DNA of 64,000 nucleotides from a virus, in the IMG/VR virus record IMGVR_UViG_3300017613_001142, positions 1 through 64,000 of that record. One strand, given 5' to 3'. Below the pieces are notes generated by a model that was not told the DNA's origin, made no database searches, and saw only the letters and a list, made by a program, of their open reading frames with translations. This document shows positions 33,644-42,300 of the stretch, in pieces. A program made the position numbers and the translations under genes. Position 1 is the first letter of the stretch. Each line of letters opens with the position of its first letter.

Positions 33644-33838
33644 TCAATTACCGCCAGCCCAATAAAACCGGCCGTTTCGCTCTTCGATTTGCCAATTTAT
33701 CAATAACTCGTCAATGAAACTTTTGATCTCTTCCGCCGTGTTATCGAAGCGCCTGAAAGTTTCCAAGACTCCGGCGCGGTCAAACTGACCGGATTGCCAC
33801 TCGATTAAGTGGCGGGCGTTGGCTTTTTGGATTTTCAC
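33644..33838 (-). CDS. hypothetical protein (64 aa)
   Basis: ORF track. Confidence 0.6.
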   Translation of the reverse strand: MKIQKANARHLIEWQSGQFDRAGVLETFRRFDNTAEEIKSFIDELLINWQIEERNGRFYWAGGN

Positions 33839-34107
33839 TTGCGGTTTTTTCTTCTTGCCGATTGAGTTACCTTCCGTCGCGCCTTCTTTGCTTTGGGGGC
33901 TTTGCGATTTTTAAGGCTCGGCTTTAGTTTTCTTGCCGCGCCTGCCAATGTAATAGCGGCGGCAAGCTTCAATGCCGCCTGGTTTGTCTTGGCTCCCAAA
34001 ATAAAATCAAGGTGATCTTTTGACCCAGACCGACCCGTGGCGGCGTCTAATTTTTCTCCCAGTTCTTTTGTGTCCATTTTCTCATTCTCAAACAAACCGC
34101 ATATCAT
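33835..34107 (-). CDS. hypothetical protein with highly basic C-terminus (90 aa)
   Basis: ORF track. KNRKAPKAKKARRKVTQSARRKNRK tail. Confidence 0.55.
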   Translation of the reverse strand: MICGLFENEKMDTKELGEKLDAATGRSGSKDHLDFILGAKTNQAALKLAAAITLAGAARKLKPSLKNRKAPKAKKARRKVTQSARRKNRK

Positions 34108-34178
34108 CTTCCCGACTCCGGGAAAATCAAGCGATTTCAGTTATTTGTTTATTCGCGGGCTAGTCGCGGTTCTAGTCA

Positions 34179-34747
34179 TTACGGATTTGCCTCAAAGAAA
34201 GCCCGAGCAAATCCCGGCGGCGTGATCGCGCGCCTTTCAGTCCTCGAAAGACTGCCATAATATTCAGGGTGAATCTCTTTGCTCTTCAGCATTGAAAATT
34301 TTATTACGCCTGTAGGCTTGACCGCAACGCCTGCTTGTGGAAATTTAAAATTCCCCCACAAACAAGTTTTCTTTTGATAATTATCCCCGAACTCCCATGG
34401 GTCAAACCTAAAACTTGGCTTTCCAAGCCACTTTTTCAAATAGCCGTCGGGATTTTCCAGCACCCACCACTTTGGTTGGCAGGTTAAAATTATCCGTATA
34501 CATGCGCTGACAATCTCAAGCCCCGCGCGAAAATTATGCTCATATTTTCCTTTGCCGTGGAAATGTTTAGCATAAGAAAACTCTGTGCAGGGAGGAGCCG
34601 CCAGCACTCCGTGGACATTGTCGGGCGGCGCGTATAAACAAACATCGTTTTCGGGAAGCGTAATAAGCCGAACATCATATAGCCGGCACTTCTGTAGGGA
34701 GCACTCCATGAGCCGGTTCCCCCGCATAGATCAAGTATTTTTTTCAT
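34179..34747 (-). pseudogene. short C5-cytosine-methyltransferase-like gene split by a frame change near 34677-34681
   Basis: Frame A gives MKKILDLCGGTGSWSAPYRSAGY (motif I-like). Frame B gives DVRLITL...AAPPCTEFS (motif IV-like), WWVLENP (motif VI-like) and RRAITPPGFARAF. The junction lies at a TATAT tract. Confidence 0.55.
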
Positions 34748-34808
34748 TTAATTATGGCGAATTCGCTTTATTTAAAGTTGATTTCGACACGGTTAAAAAC
34801 TCATTTGG

Positions 34809-35033
34809 TTAATCCAATTTCATTGGCTTCATAAACCAATATTTTAGACGATTGTATTCTGCACATAATTCATAGCACCGATAAGAAGGAGTGGCGCGTA
34901 ATCCATCAAGCATCCGCATCTTATATTGGATTGAATCATACTCCTGCTTAATCAAATCAAGTTTTTGCAGTCTCTTGATTGTTTCAGGAAAGCAAAAAGT
35001 TAATATTTTGCCTATTATAAAGCCTATTTTCAT
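34809..35033 (-). CDS. hypothetical protein (74 aa)
   Basis: ORF track. Confidence 0.6.
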   Translation of the reverse strand: MKIGFIIGKILTFCFPETIKRLQKLDLIKQEYDSIQYKMRMLDGLRATPSYRCYELCAEYNRLKYWFMKPMKLD

Positions 35034-35146
35034 ATTAAAAACTCATCTGGTTTGCTTCTGATTCGATTCGCTTGGCGGCGATCTCGCAATACTCTTCCTC
35101 TTTTTCGCAAAGTATCTACCGCTTTGTCTATGATTTCTTGCTCCAT
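35030..35146 (-). CDS. 38-aa ORF sharing its first 10 codons with the 33211..33366 ORF
   Basis: MEQEIIDKAVDTLRKRGRVLRDRRQANRIRSKPDEFLI. ATGA overlap with the downstream gene. Preceded by element copy f. Confidence 0.3.
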   Translation of the reverse strand: MEQEIIDKAVDTLRKRGRVLRDRRQANRIRSKPDEFLI

Positions 35147-35155
35147 CTCATCATC

Positions 35156-35174
35156 CCGTTAAATAGCTGTCAAT
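35156..35174 (-). promoter_or_regulatory. cassette element copy f (ATTGACAGCTATTTAACGG)
   Basis: Read directly. Confidence 0.55.
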
Positions 35175-35175
35175 G

Positions 35176-35213
35176 AAAATATCCGCCAACACATATCAAG
35201 CGACGGCGGATAT
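35176..35213 (-). terminator. hairpin ATATCCGCC-N17-GGCGGATAT followed by TTTCATT, possible terminator
   Basis: Read directly. The U-tract is weak. Confidence 0.4.
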
Positions 35214-35233
35214 AATATATAGGAGTTTAAATT

Positions 35234-35326
35234 ATGTCTGAAAAGACAAGTATTATCATATGTGATATGTGGTTAATTGTCAATCCAATAATTACTAGTT
35301 ATAAATCATTTACGATTTGTACTTGA
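35234..35326 (+). CDS. 30-aa hydrophobic plus-strand ORF with strong RBS
   Basis: TAGGAGTTTAAATT-ATG. MSEKTSIIICDMWLIVNPIITSYKSFTICT. Overlaps the 3' end of the convergent gene 35299..35502. Confidence 0.3.
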   Translation: MSEKTSIIICDMWLIVNPIITSYKSFTICT

Positions 35327-35502
35327 TAAATGTAATGACCACATCTAAAATAACATTTGACGCGATTTTCTTCTTCAAGTTTAGCAACTTCTTTCAACGT
35401 TATATCGGCTCTTAATTTAAAATGATTTACAATATCAACTGAATCTAATTGTTTCTCTGAGTTGGATATATAATCAAAAATCGTTTCTTTTAACCATTCC
35501 AT
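35299..35502 (-). CDS. hypothetical protein (67 aa)
   Basis: Start moved to ATG 35502 (MEWLKETIF), GGTGGG upstream, just after the upstream stop at 35507. Confidence 0.6.
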   Translation of the reverse strand: MEWLKETIFDYISNSEKQLDSVDIVNHFKLRADITLKEVAKLEEENRVKCYFRCGHYIYQVQIVNDL

Positions 35503-35506
35503 ATGA

Positions 35507-36001
35507 TTAATCCCACCAATATTCATAATGTTTACTGAAAATTTTAAAGAATAACTCTTGATCATATTTTTTAATTAGCTTCGCTTTTTTATGCGCTCTA
35601 TCTCGGTCTTTTCGCGCTTGCTCGTCATCTTGTTCTGTTTTTACCAATTTAGGCGTAATAGTTATAGGGGTTAATCCGCGTTTATCCTCTTTTCCATAAA
35701 TTATTTGCAATTTTCCCCACCGTTCTTCGCATTCAATCGAAGCGTTTGATATGTAGTCGTCTTCAATCATTCTGTGTAAAAGATGAACGCAAATTTTTAA
35801 ATTTTTAACGTTCCTGAGTCTTGAACTTTCGATCACATTCGTATTATCGATGTTATCCCAAAAGGTCAACATATCTTGAAGCTTAAAACGCATGATTTCA
35901 AGAAGATAATTATAATCCCACTCGTAGGTATTATAACCGCGCAAAAACCATTTACAGCCGCGTTTAAGACGGGTTATAATGTCTTTTATTTTGTATAACA
36001 T
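35507..36001 (-). CDS. hypothetical protein (164 aa)
   Basis: ORF track. Confidence 0.7.
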   Translation of the reverse strand: MLYKIKDIITRLKRGCKWFLRGYNTYEWDYNYLLEIMRFKLQDMLTFWDNIDNTNVIESSRLRNVKNLKICVHLLHRMIEDDYISNASIECEERWGKLQIIYGKEDKRGLTPITITPKLVKTEQDDEQARKDRDRAHKKAKLIKKYDQELFFKIFSKHYEYWWD

Positions 36002-36053
36002 TTATTATCCTTCATATATTTCATAAGAAACCGGATACCAATGGAGAAACAAA

Positions 36054-36275
36054 TCAACGGAAATCACAATCAATCCCGCTGCCATAGCTAAGTTTTGTTA
36101 CAACGCATCGGGTTTTCTTCCCGTCGTCAAGTTGAATATCAAAAATATAACCACCTTGAAATTTATACTTTTTAACAGTTTTGGGTCTTGCGTAATCAAC
36201 CGCGCCCAAAGGACTCCAAAGAGCGACGAACAACCAAAAAGCGGCTATCGCAATAACCAGGATGTTTGTTTTCAT
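36054..36275 (-). CDS. secreted/membrane-anchored small protein
   Basis: MKTNILVIAIAAFWLFVALWSPLGA signal-like N-terminus. Confidence 0.65.
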   Translation of the reverse strand: MKTNILVIAIAAFWLFVALWSPLGAVDYARPKTVKKYKFQGGYIFDIQLDDGKKTRCVVTKLSYGSGIDCDFR

Positions 36276-37291
36276 ACAACTATTTTATAAGGAATTTCCG
36301 GCATACTTCCAGACAAAATAGCATTCCCACATGTTATTCGTCCCAAATCTTCATATTCAGACGCAAGAAATACAATCACATCATACCCAGCGGCAATTAA
36401 TCCTTTTTCATATTCAGCATATGGATAATACTGAGTAAAATCACCGTCAGTTTTAATTCCATTGGATTCAGCTGTATGAGTTTTATGCATTGGCGTCAAC
36501 TTTACTAAATAGTGATCAGGCGAAAAGAAATCCAATAAAATTTGTGGATCAATTTCGTAATCAGCAACCGCAAAATTCAAAGTTATCTTGCGCCCTATCG
36601 GCGTTATGCCTCCCATAATTTTTGAGATTTGAGCCAGTCTTAAAGCGTTACCGGAGAACATCTCCGCGCGTTCATTTTCATTTGTTGAATTGATGCTTAA
36701 TTGCAATCCGGCGTTTCCTTTGTACATTCGGTTTTTAATTCTCATCCAAGTGTGGATGAAAGTTTTAAGCCAAATATTTTTCTTTGGCATCATCGTTGAA
36801 ACAACCGGATGAACTTTATATTCATGATCAATATGTTCCTTAAGCCACTTGGCGCAATCCAAAACATTCGGGTTAAAAGTTGGTTCTCCCATTCGCGCGA
36901 AATGCATATTTAGTCTATTAGAATATTCGATTTCAGGATGGCACATTAACCCTGATAAAATTTGTCCAGTCATATCATTGAATGTCGCATTTTTACCGCT
37001 CCCGACCTTTGGGACATCACAAAAATTACACCGCATTGAACAACCATATTGAGTGCTGATTGTGATAACCCATTTATCGGTGAGCGGCATCATTTTTCCG
37101 TGTTGAAATGGTTTCGGTTCTTCAGTAAGTCCAAGAAAATCAGCCTTTATATTTGTTTCTTTTCCATAGTCTCCAACTGAAACAAATTCTAATTCTCCCT
37201 TGCTTCCTTGACAACAAACTATATTCCCGGTTGGAACTTCAATGTTTTTGGTTATTGGCAAACCAGTTCTGTTTTGTTCTCTTTCTTTCAT
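36272..37291 (-). CDS. radical SAM enzyme, RlmN/Cfr-like
   Basis: ISTQYGCSMRCNFCDVPKVGSGKNATFNDMTGQIL (CxxxCxxC), FARMGEPTFNPNVL, C-terminal RITCGNA. Confidence 0.75.
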   Translation of the reverse strand: MKEREQNRTGLPITKNIEVPTGNIVCCQGSKGELEFVSVGDYGKETNIKADFLGLTEEPKPFQHGKMMPLTDKWVITISTQYGCSMRCNFCDVPKVGSGKNATFNDMTGQILSGLMCHPEIEYSNRLNMHFARMGEPTFNPNVLDCAKWLKEHIDHEYKVHPVVSTMMPKKNIWLKTFIHTWMRIKNRMYKGNAGLQLSINSTNENERAEMFSGNALRLAQISKIMGGITPIGRKITLNFAVADYEIDPQILLDFFSPDHYLVKLTPMHKTHTAESNGIKTDGDFTQYYPYAEYEKGLIAAGYDVIVFLASEYEDLGRITCGNAILSGSMPEIPYKIVV

Positions 37292-37295
37292 GTTT

Positions 37296-37952
37296 TTACT
37301 CCTTAATCTTCAAAATATCATCACCGTTTACAATTTTGTTTTTCAGCTCATCCAAACCAAGTCTATTTATAGTAGCCGCCTGAAAAGCTTCAATTTCCCC
37401 TTTGGCCTCAGTTACACTTTTTTCAGCTTGCTTATGAAATGAATCAGCAACAAAACGAAGGTTGCTTTCAATATTCTGGTTAATTGAATACAATAAATTT
37501 AGCAAAAGCTCTTTTTCGGATTTATTTAATGATTTCTTTTGAGCTAACAATTTTTGCGCCGCCGCGATAGATTTTGTAGAATCTTCAAATGTTTCATTTA
37601 ATTTATCTTGAAACTCATCACTTAACTTTTCTCGTAAATTATCATCAGGCGGTTCTTCCATACGTTTTCGATTTACATGTTTTATTGTTACTGGAACACC
37701 ATCCCCCATATTCATAGCGGTAATTGCTTCTGTGAATTGAGTATATGACATTTCCACTTCAATTAACTCTTCATGGCCCAAATACCAATTCCGGTTTAAC
37801 GACCTTGTTTTTTCAGCGCGTTTAATACGTATGGAAATAGTATTATTATGAGGAATAGAACTTCCAAATAAATTTTTTCCTTTCCCACTTGTGGTTTGCC
37901 GTGAAAAACCTAACAATCCATAACTTTCATGCTTTTCTCTTTTTTCTTCCAT
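37296..37952 (-). CDS. hypothetical protein (218 aa)
   Basis: ORF track. Immediately upstream of the radical SAM gene (4-nt gap) in the same transcription unit. Confidence 0.75.
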   Translation of the reverse strand: MEEKREKHESYGLLGFSRQTTSGKGKNLFGSSIPHNNTISIRIKRAEKTRSLNRNWYLGHEELIEVEMSYTQFTEAITAMNMGDGVPVTIKHVNRKRMEEPPDDNLREKLSDEFQDKLNETFEDSTKSIAAAQKLLAQKKSLNKSEKELLLNLLYSINQNIESNLRFVADSFHKQAEKSVTEAKGEIEAFQAATINRLGLDELKNKIVNGDDILKIKE

Positions 37953-37968
37953 TTTTAAAACTCCTCTT

Positions 37969-38217
37969 TTATTTAAAAAACCAGTAAGTCAATTTCGACT
38001 TTATCATATCGCTATCACGTGTTTCTTTCCGCATTTTATCAAACGGGATTTCTTTTAGACGGATTTTGGGTATGCGGATTTGTCTATAGTCAATCCATGT
38101 TTTACGATAAAGCGTTCTCTTATCCCCGGTGCAAAACTGATAACATGCGCCATTATACATAATATAATCGCCGGACTTTATATCAAAAACTCGTCTTCCA
38201 ATCTTAATTTCTTTCAT
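37969..38217 (-). CDS. hypothetical protein (82 aa)
   Basis: ORF track. Confidence 0.65.
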   Translation of the reverse strand: MKEIKIGRRVFDIKSGDYIMYNGACYQFCTGDKRTLYRKTWIDYRQIRIPKIRLKEIPFDKMRKETRDSDMIKSKLTYWFFK

Positions 38218-38226
38218 CTTAAAATC

Positions 38227-38361
38227 CTATTTTATAATTAACACATCTCTGTCATTTTTGCCGCGCCAAGGCTCTAACTTTTTTAGCTGAGCGTCCATTT
38301 CTTTTTGCCAATCTTTCATTTCCACTAGAATGGCTTTGATTTCGGTTTTGAGTTTTTTCAT
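38227..38361 (-). CDS. hypothetical coiled-coil peptide (44 aa)
   Basis: Own translation MKKLKTEIKAILVEMKDWQKEMDAQLKKLEPWRGKNDRDVLIIK. Confidence 0.4.
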   Translation of the reverse strand: MKKLKTEIKAILVEMKDWQKEMDAQLKKLEPWRGKNDRDVLIIK

Positions 38362-38403
38362 TTCAAAGACTCCATTAAGCCGCCTTTCAGCGGCTTGGTT
38401 AAA

Positions 38404-38700
38404 TTATAGTGACAAATACAATCCCGTTGTTTCTTCAAAAATAGGCTTGAGCTGATCCCATAAAACACCATTTACCGTTTCAACGTCTTTACATTTCATG
38501 CCCCAAATCTTTTTAAATTCAATGTCGTACAAATCAAGGCTATTTAAGGTGATTCTTACATAATTGGTTTTTTGACTTCCCTTGAATCGAAAACGTAAAC
38601 TTTGTTTTTCATCTGAGTAAGCGAAATGATACGCGCCGGTCATAGCGATTATTCTATTTTGTCCGCCCATTTGGTTTAATATCGTTTCATAAAATTTCAT
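38404..38700 (-). CDS. hypothetical protein (98 aa)
   Basis: ORF track. AGGAGTTTAAAAA-ATG. Confidence 0.7.
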   Translation of the reverse strand: MKFYETILNQMGGQNRIIAMTGAYHFAYSDEKQSLRFRFKGSQKTNYVRITLNSLDLYDIEFKKIWGMKCKDVETVNGVLWDQLKPIFEETTGLYLSL

Positions 38701-38750
38701 TTTTTAAACTCCTAATTAATTATTATTTATCCCGCGTTAACATGTCTATT

Positions 38751-38778
38751 ATTATAGTCGTCTCTTTGATTTTGTCAA
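38751..38778 (-). promoter_or_regulatory. sigma70-like promoter TTGACA-N16-TATAAT
   Basis: -35 at 38778-38773, -10 at 38756-38751. Downstream box AATAGACATGTTAACGCGGG. Confidence 0.6.
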
Positions 38779-38782
38779 CACA

Positions 38783-38813
38783 AAAAAATAATTAAGCCGG
38801 ATTTTCACCGGCT
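38783..38813 (-). terminator. rho-independent terminator
   Basis: AGCCGG-N7-CCGGCT, followed on the minus strand by TAATTATTTTTTT. Confidence 0.6.
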
Positions 38814-38820
38814 CTGAAAA

Positions 38821-39147
38821 TTATCTTTTAGACGGCTTTACACCTTTTAAAAATTCGTTATGTCCTTTAACAAAAACGCTAAACTGTCCGCCGTTGCCTG
38901 AATACTTACTCAACGGCTTGCCATCAAAATCAACAAACCCTAACCATGTTAATTTTGCTATTAAATTAGTCGTCCATTTTTGTTTATTGTCGTAAAATCT
39001 CCATGTTCCACTCATGCTGCCTGTCCATAAAAATTTAACGCTGGCTTTAACCCCGTTTTCTTTCAGAAAGTTTTGCATGTTTTTATTTTCAGTTCTCATT
39101 TTTTTAAACTCCAACTTATTTTTTTTATTTAGTTTCGCGTTCAACAT
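38821..39147 (-). CDS. hypothetical protein (108 aa)
   Basis: ORF track. Confidence 0.7.
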   Translation of the reverse strand: MLNAKLNKKNKLEFKKMRTENKNMQNFLKENGVKASVKFLWTGSMSGTWRFYDNKQKWTTNLIAKLTWLGFVDFDGKPLSKYSGNGGQFSVFVKGHNEFLKGVKPSKR

Positions 39148-39154
39148 GACAACT

Positions 39155-39182
39155 ATTATATATGACTCACAAAAAGTGTCAA
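39155..39182 (-). promoter_or_regulatory. sigma70-like promoter TTGACA-N16-TATAAT
   Basis: -35 at 39182-39177, -10 at 39160-39155. Downstream box AGTTGTCATGTTGAACGCGAAACTAAAT is nearly identical to the one at 975-1002. Confidence 0.6.
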
Positions 39183-39212
39183 CACATTTTTTAAAATATT
39201 TTCTCTGAAACT

Positions 39213-39249
39213 AAAAAACCCGACAATCAACTATCAATTGATCGTCGGG
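39213..39249 (-). terminator. rho-independent terminator after the tail fibre gene
   Basis: CCCGAC-N19-GTCGGG, followed on the minus strand by TTTTTT. Confidence 0.65.
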
Positions 39250-39311
39250 TTTCGTTTCTATGGAGTTCTAAAAAATGATAACTATAATCTTATATAATTA
39301 AATTTAATCTG

Positions 39312-42300
39312 TCAACTCATTAAAGCGGTTAAACTTGTTATTTGAGCCTCTAATGAAGTTACGCGCGCTCGCGTTTCATGCACATGCTCTTGAAATGCTT
39401 TCATTAAAATTGGAGAACCTAATACTGAATTTTTAGGATACAAATAACCAGACGCATTTTCGCTAACTAATGACGGGAATATTTCTTGAACATCTTGAGC
39501 GATATAACCGATTAATTTTTCAGAACTTTGATTTATATGATAGGTGACAATTGGAATTTGTAAAACTTTTTCCAGTTTATCGGATGGTGTGTTAATGTTG
39601 TTTTTCAATCTTCTATCCGATATCGTCGTATATACCCCGTTTGTGTTTAATACGTCTCCATTTGCCGAGACAATAAAATGCAATCGACCAGGGCTAGTCA
39701 CATCACTAACTCCTAAAATCAGAGACGCCGCCGCCTGTGTGGTTGTATTATATAGAGCTAAAGGGGGGTTTGATGAATTTTCAGCGTAAAGAGCTGGCAA
39801 TGCCACCGATACGCTGGCATCGGTGCCTGTAAATTTAGCTGATTTATCGAAAAATGCCGGACTTTGAATATGCATACTCGATCCAGCCCATTGCTCAATA
39901 GGCCCATTTCTGACATAGAATCCCCCCCCGCTATCAATTGTTGTGTCAGCAAATATAGACACTCGTCTCTCAAGATCGGTAGTCCCTTTCACAAATAGCC
40001 CGCCGCTGCTAATATTTACGAAATATGATTCAAGTCCTGAATCAACATCTAAATAACCGATATTAGCAGAACCAGCGTATAATAACGAAAAACTTCCAAC
40101 ACCGGCTCGCATATCTGATGCGACTAATGTTTCAAGCGTTAAATCAGCAATCGAAAGGTTATCTATTGCTGCTGACCCCGCATGTAAATTACTAATACTA
40201 CCCACCCCGGCGCGCATATCGGAAACAATCAGAGTATCTAAAACTAAATCCGTGATATTAATATTATCAATCGTCGCTGAATTAACATGTAGTAACGCCA
40301 CACTTGCCGCGGTTGTTTGAAAATTAGACGACGCTTCGATTGTATCAAAGCTCGCGGTTTCTCCAATTAGATTTGTAGCGATTAAATCCGCGATAGTCGC
40401 ACTGTCAGATTCCAAAATTCCCGCGTTTAGATTCGTAAAACTACCCGCGCCAACACGTAATCCAGATGTCACAATGCTTTCAGCCGCGACATTATCTATA
40501 TTTCCAATCTGTATATCTGCAATACCTATATCAGCTATCAAACTATTAAAATTAGACGCGACATTCAGTGTATTAATACTCGCTATATCAACAGCTAAAT
40601 CTGATGTTATAATCGTGCCTATATCTAAATTTTGAATATTAGCCGAATTTACATGTAATAAATTAACGCTAGCAACCCCGGCGCGAAAGTCTGAACTGAT
40701 TAATGATTCAATATTTCCTGATATAACGTTTGTAATATTAAAACTTGCCGCGTCGCTAATTGTGCCGCTATTTATAATATTTTCAGCTCTGAGTTCATTA
40801 TTAAATTGTATTCCGTCACATGATTGAAACGTCAATATATCGCCTGATGATTCGCCGCCTATTAATATTTGACCGCCGTCCCGTCCTGCTAAAAGAGCAT
40901 ATTGCAAATGATCATCGTCACCTAACCCGCCTAAAGAACCATGATCGGCGGCTGACACACCGGCCGCGAGTGGTGTTGTTCTCCAATCAACATAATTTTC
41001 GCCCGCGTCCGTTTGTATTACTCGCGCGTTTACATCATTGGCGAAAGTATCTTTTGTTTCAAAAATTATACTCCCAATCGGTTTTAATTCTTTTGTTGGT
41101 AGTCCACTTAATACAAGATTATTAATTTCAGTTTCCGCGCCCACTTTCGCGTCATTGGCATTATTATATTGAGCTTGTCCGACTATACTAATGCAATCGC
41201 CATCAGCCGCGTTTGAAGCAAATACATGAATTAAAACAAATCTTCCGTTTGTCACTGCGGTTAATGTTCCGCTATCATCATACGCTAAGCGCGTCGCGCT
41301 TGTGCCGTCAAGCGTGATGCATTTAAACCCCGTTTGCGTTCTCCACCGCCAATTTGTCCCGTCTCGAAAAAAAACTTTTGTCGCTGTTGTGGAATCAATA
41401 GCATTTAAATCAATAGACAAATCTTCATCAAAACAAACGCCGGACGCTATACTAAATTGAGCGTCTTCATTGTCTGCGCCTGTGCTAATAACAAAATCAC
41501 CGAGTCCAAGACCACTAATGTATGCAAACCCTACAATTTGATGCAAATAACTATGCGTTCTCGGAGCCATGTTCGCGCCGTGACGTTCATCATATAAAAT
41601 CCCTTCATTACTAGACGCATTATAATAAACTATAGCTGTTAGGGCTTTATTTAAAACTAAATCAACGAATTGCGTTCCAGTTGGTTCTAGTATATTGGCG
41701 AGTGTCGATGTGTCATAATATATCGCGTGCAATCCTTCAGAGTCCCCTAATGTAATTGCGTTATATCCGGCTTGGTCATCGCTTGTAACTGTATATTTTT
41801 CACCTGCTACAAAATATTCAAACGCCGTTCCTGTTCTATTTATAACAAATCTTCTGTTTGTATCACTAAAAGCGATTGTCGATTGAGTTTGATCTACAAA
41901 CCCATTCTGTAGCCACTCATCATTTTTTGTTAAATTCGTTTCACTTTCAACATACAAATTAATAAAAAAACCTGAATTACTATGTAGTAAGTTTATACTT
42001 GCGACGCCCGATCTGAAATCAGAAGATATTAATGATTCAATGTTAGCCGAATTCGCGGTTAAAATTCCTATACTAGCGTTATCAGTTTGAAAATTATTTG
42101 TTAATAGATCGTTAATTTGGCCGCTAGACGCGCTTAAAATGTTTAAACTTCCTATTCCTATACGAGCGTTAGAGCTAATTAAACTTTCAATCTCAGAGCT
42201 GTTTATTGTAGCAAAAACGGCTGTAAAATCATTAATGTTAGCCGAATTACTATGTAAAAGGTTTATACTGCCAACTCCGATTCTAGCGTCTGATGCGATT

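Noticed and set aside
38378-38397. Hairpin AAGCCGC-N6-GCGGCTT as a terminator
   Set aside because: No U-tract follows on either strand, and it lies immediately upstream of a small ORF start, so it is not called as a terminator.
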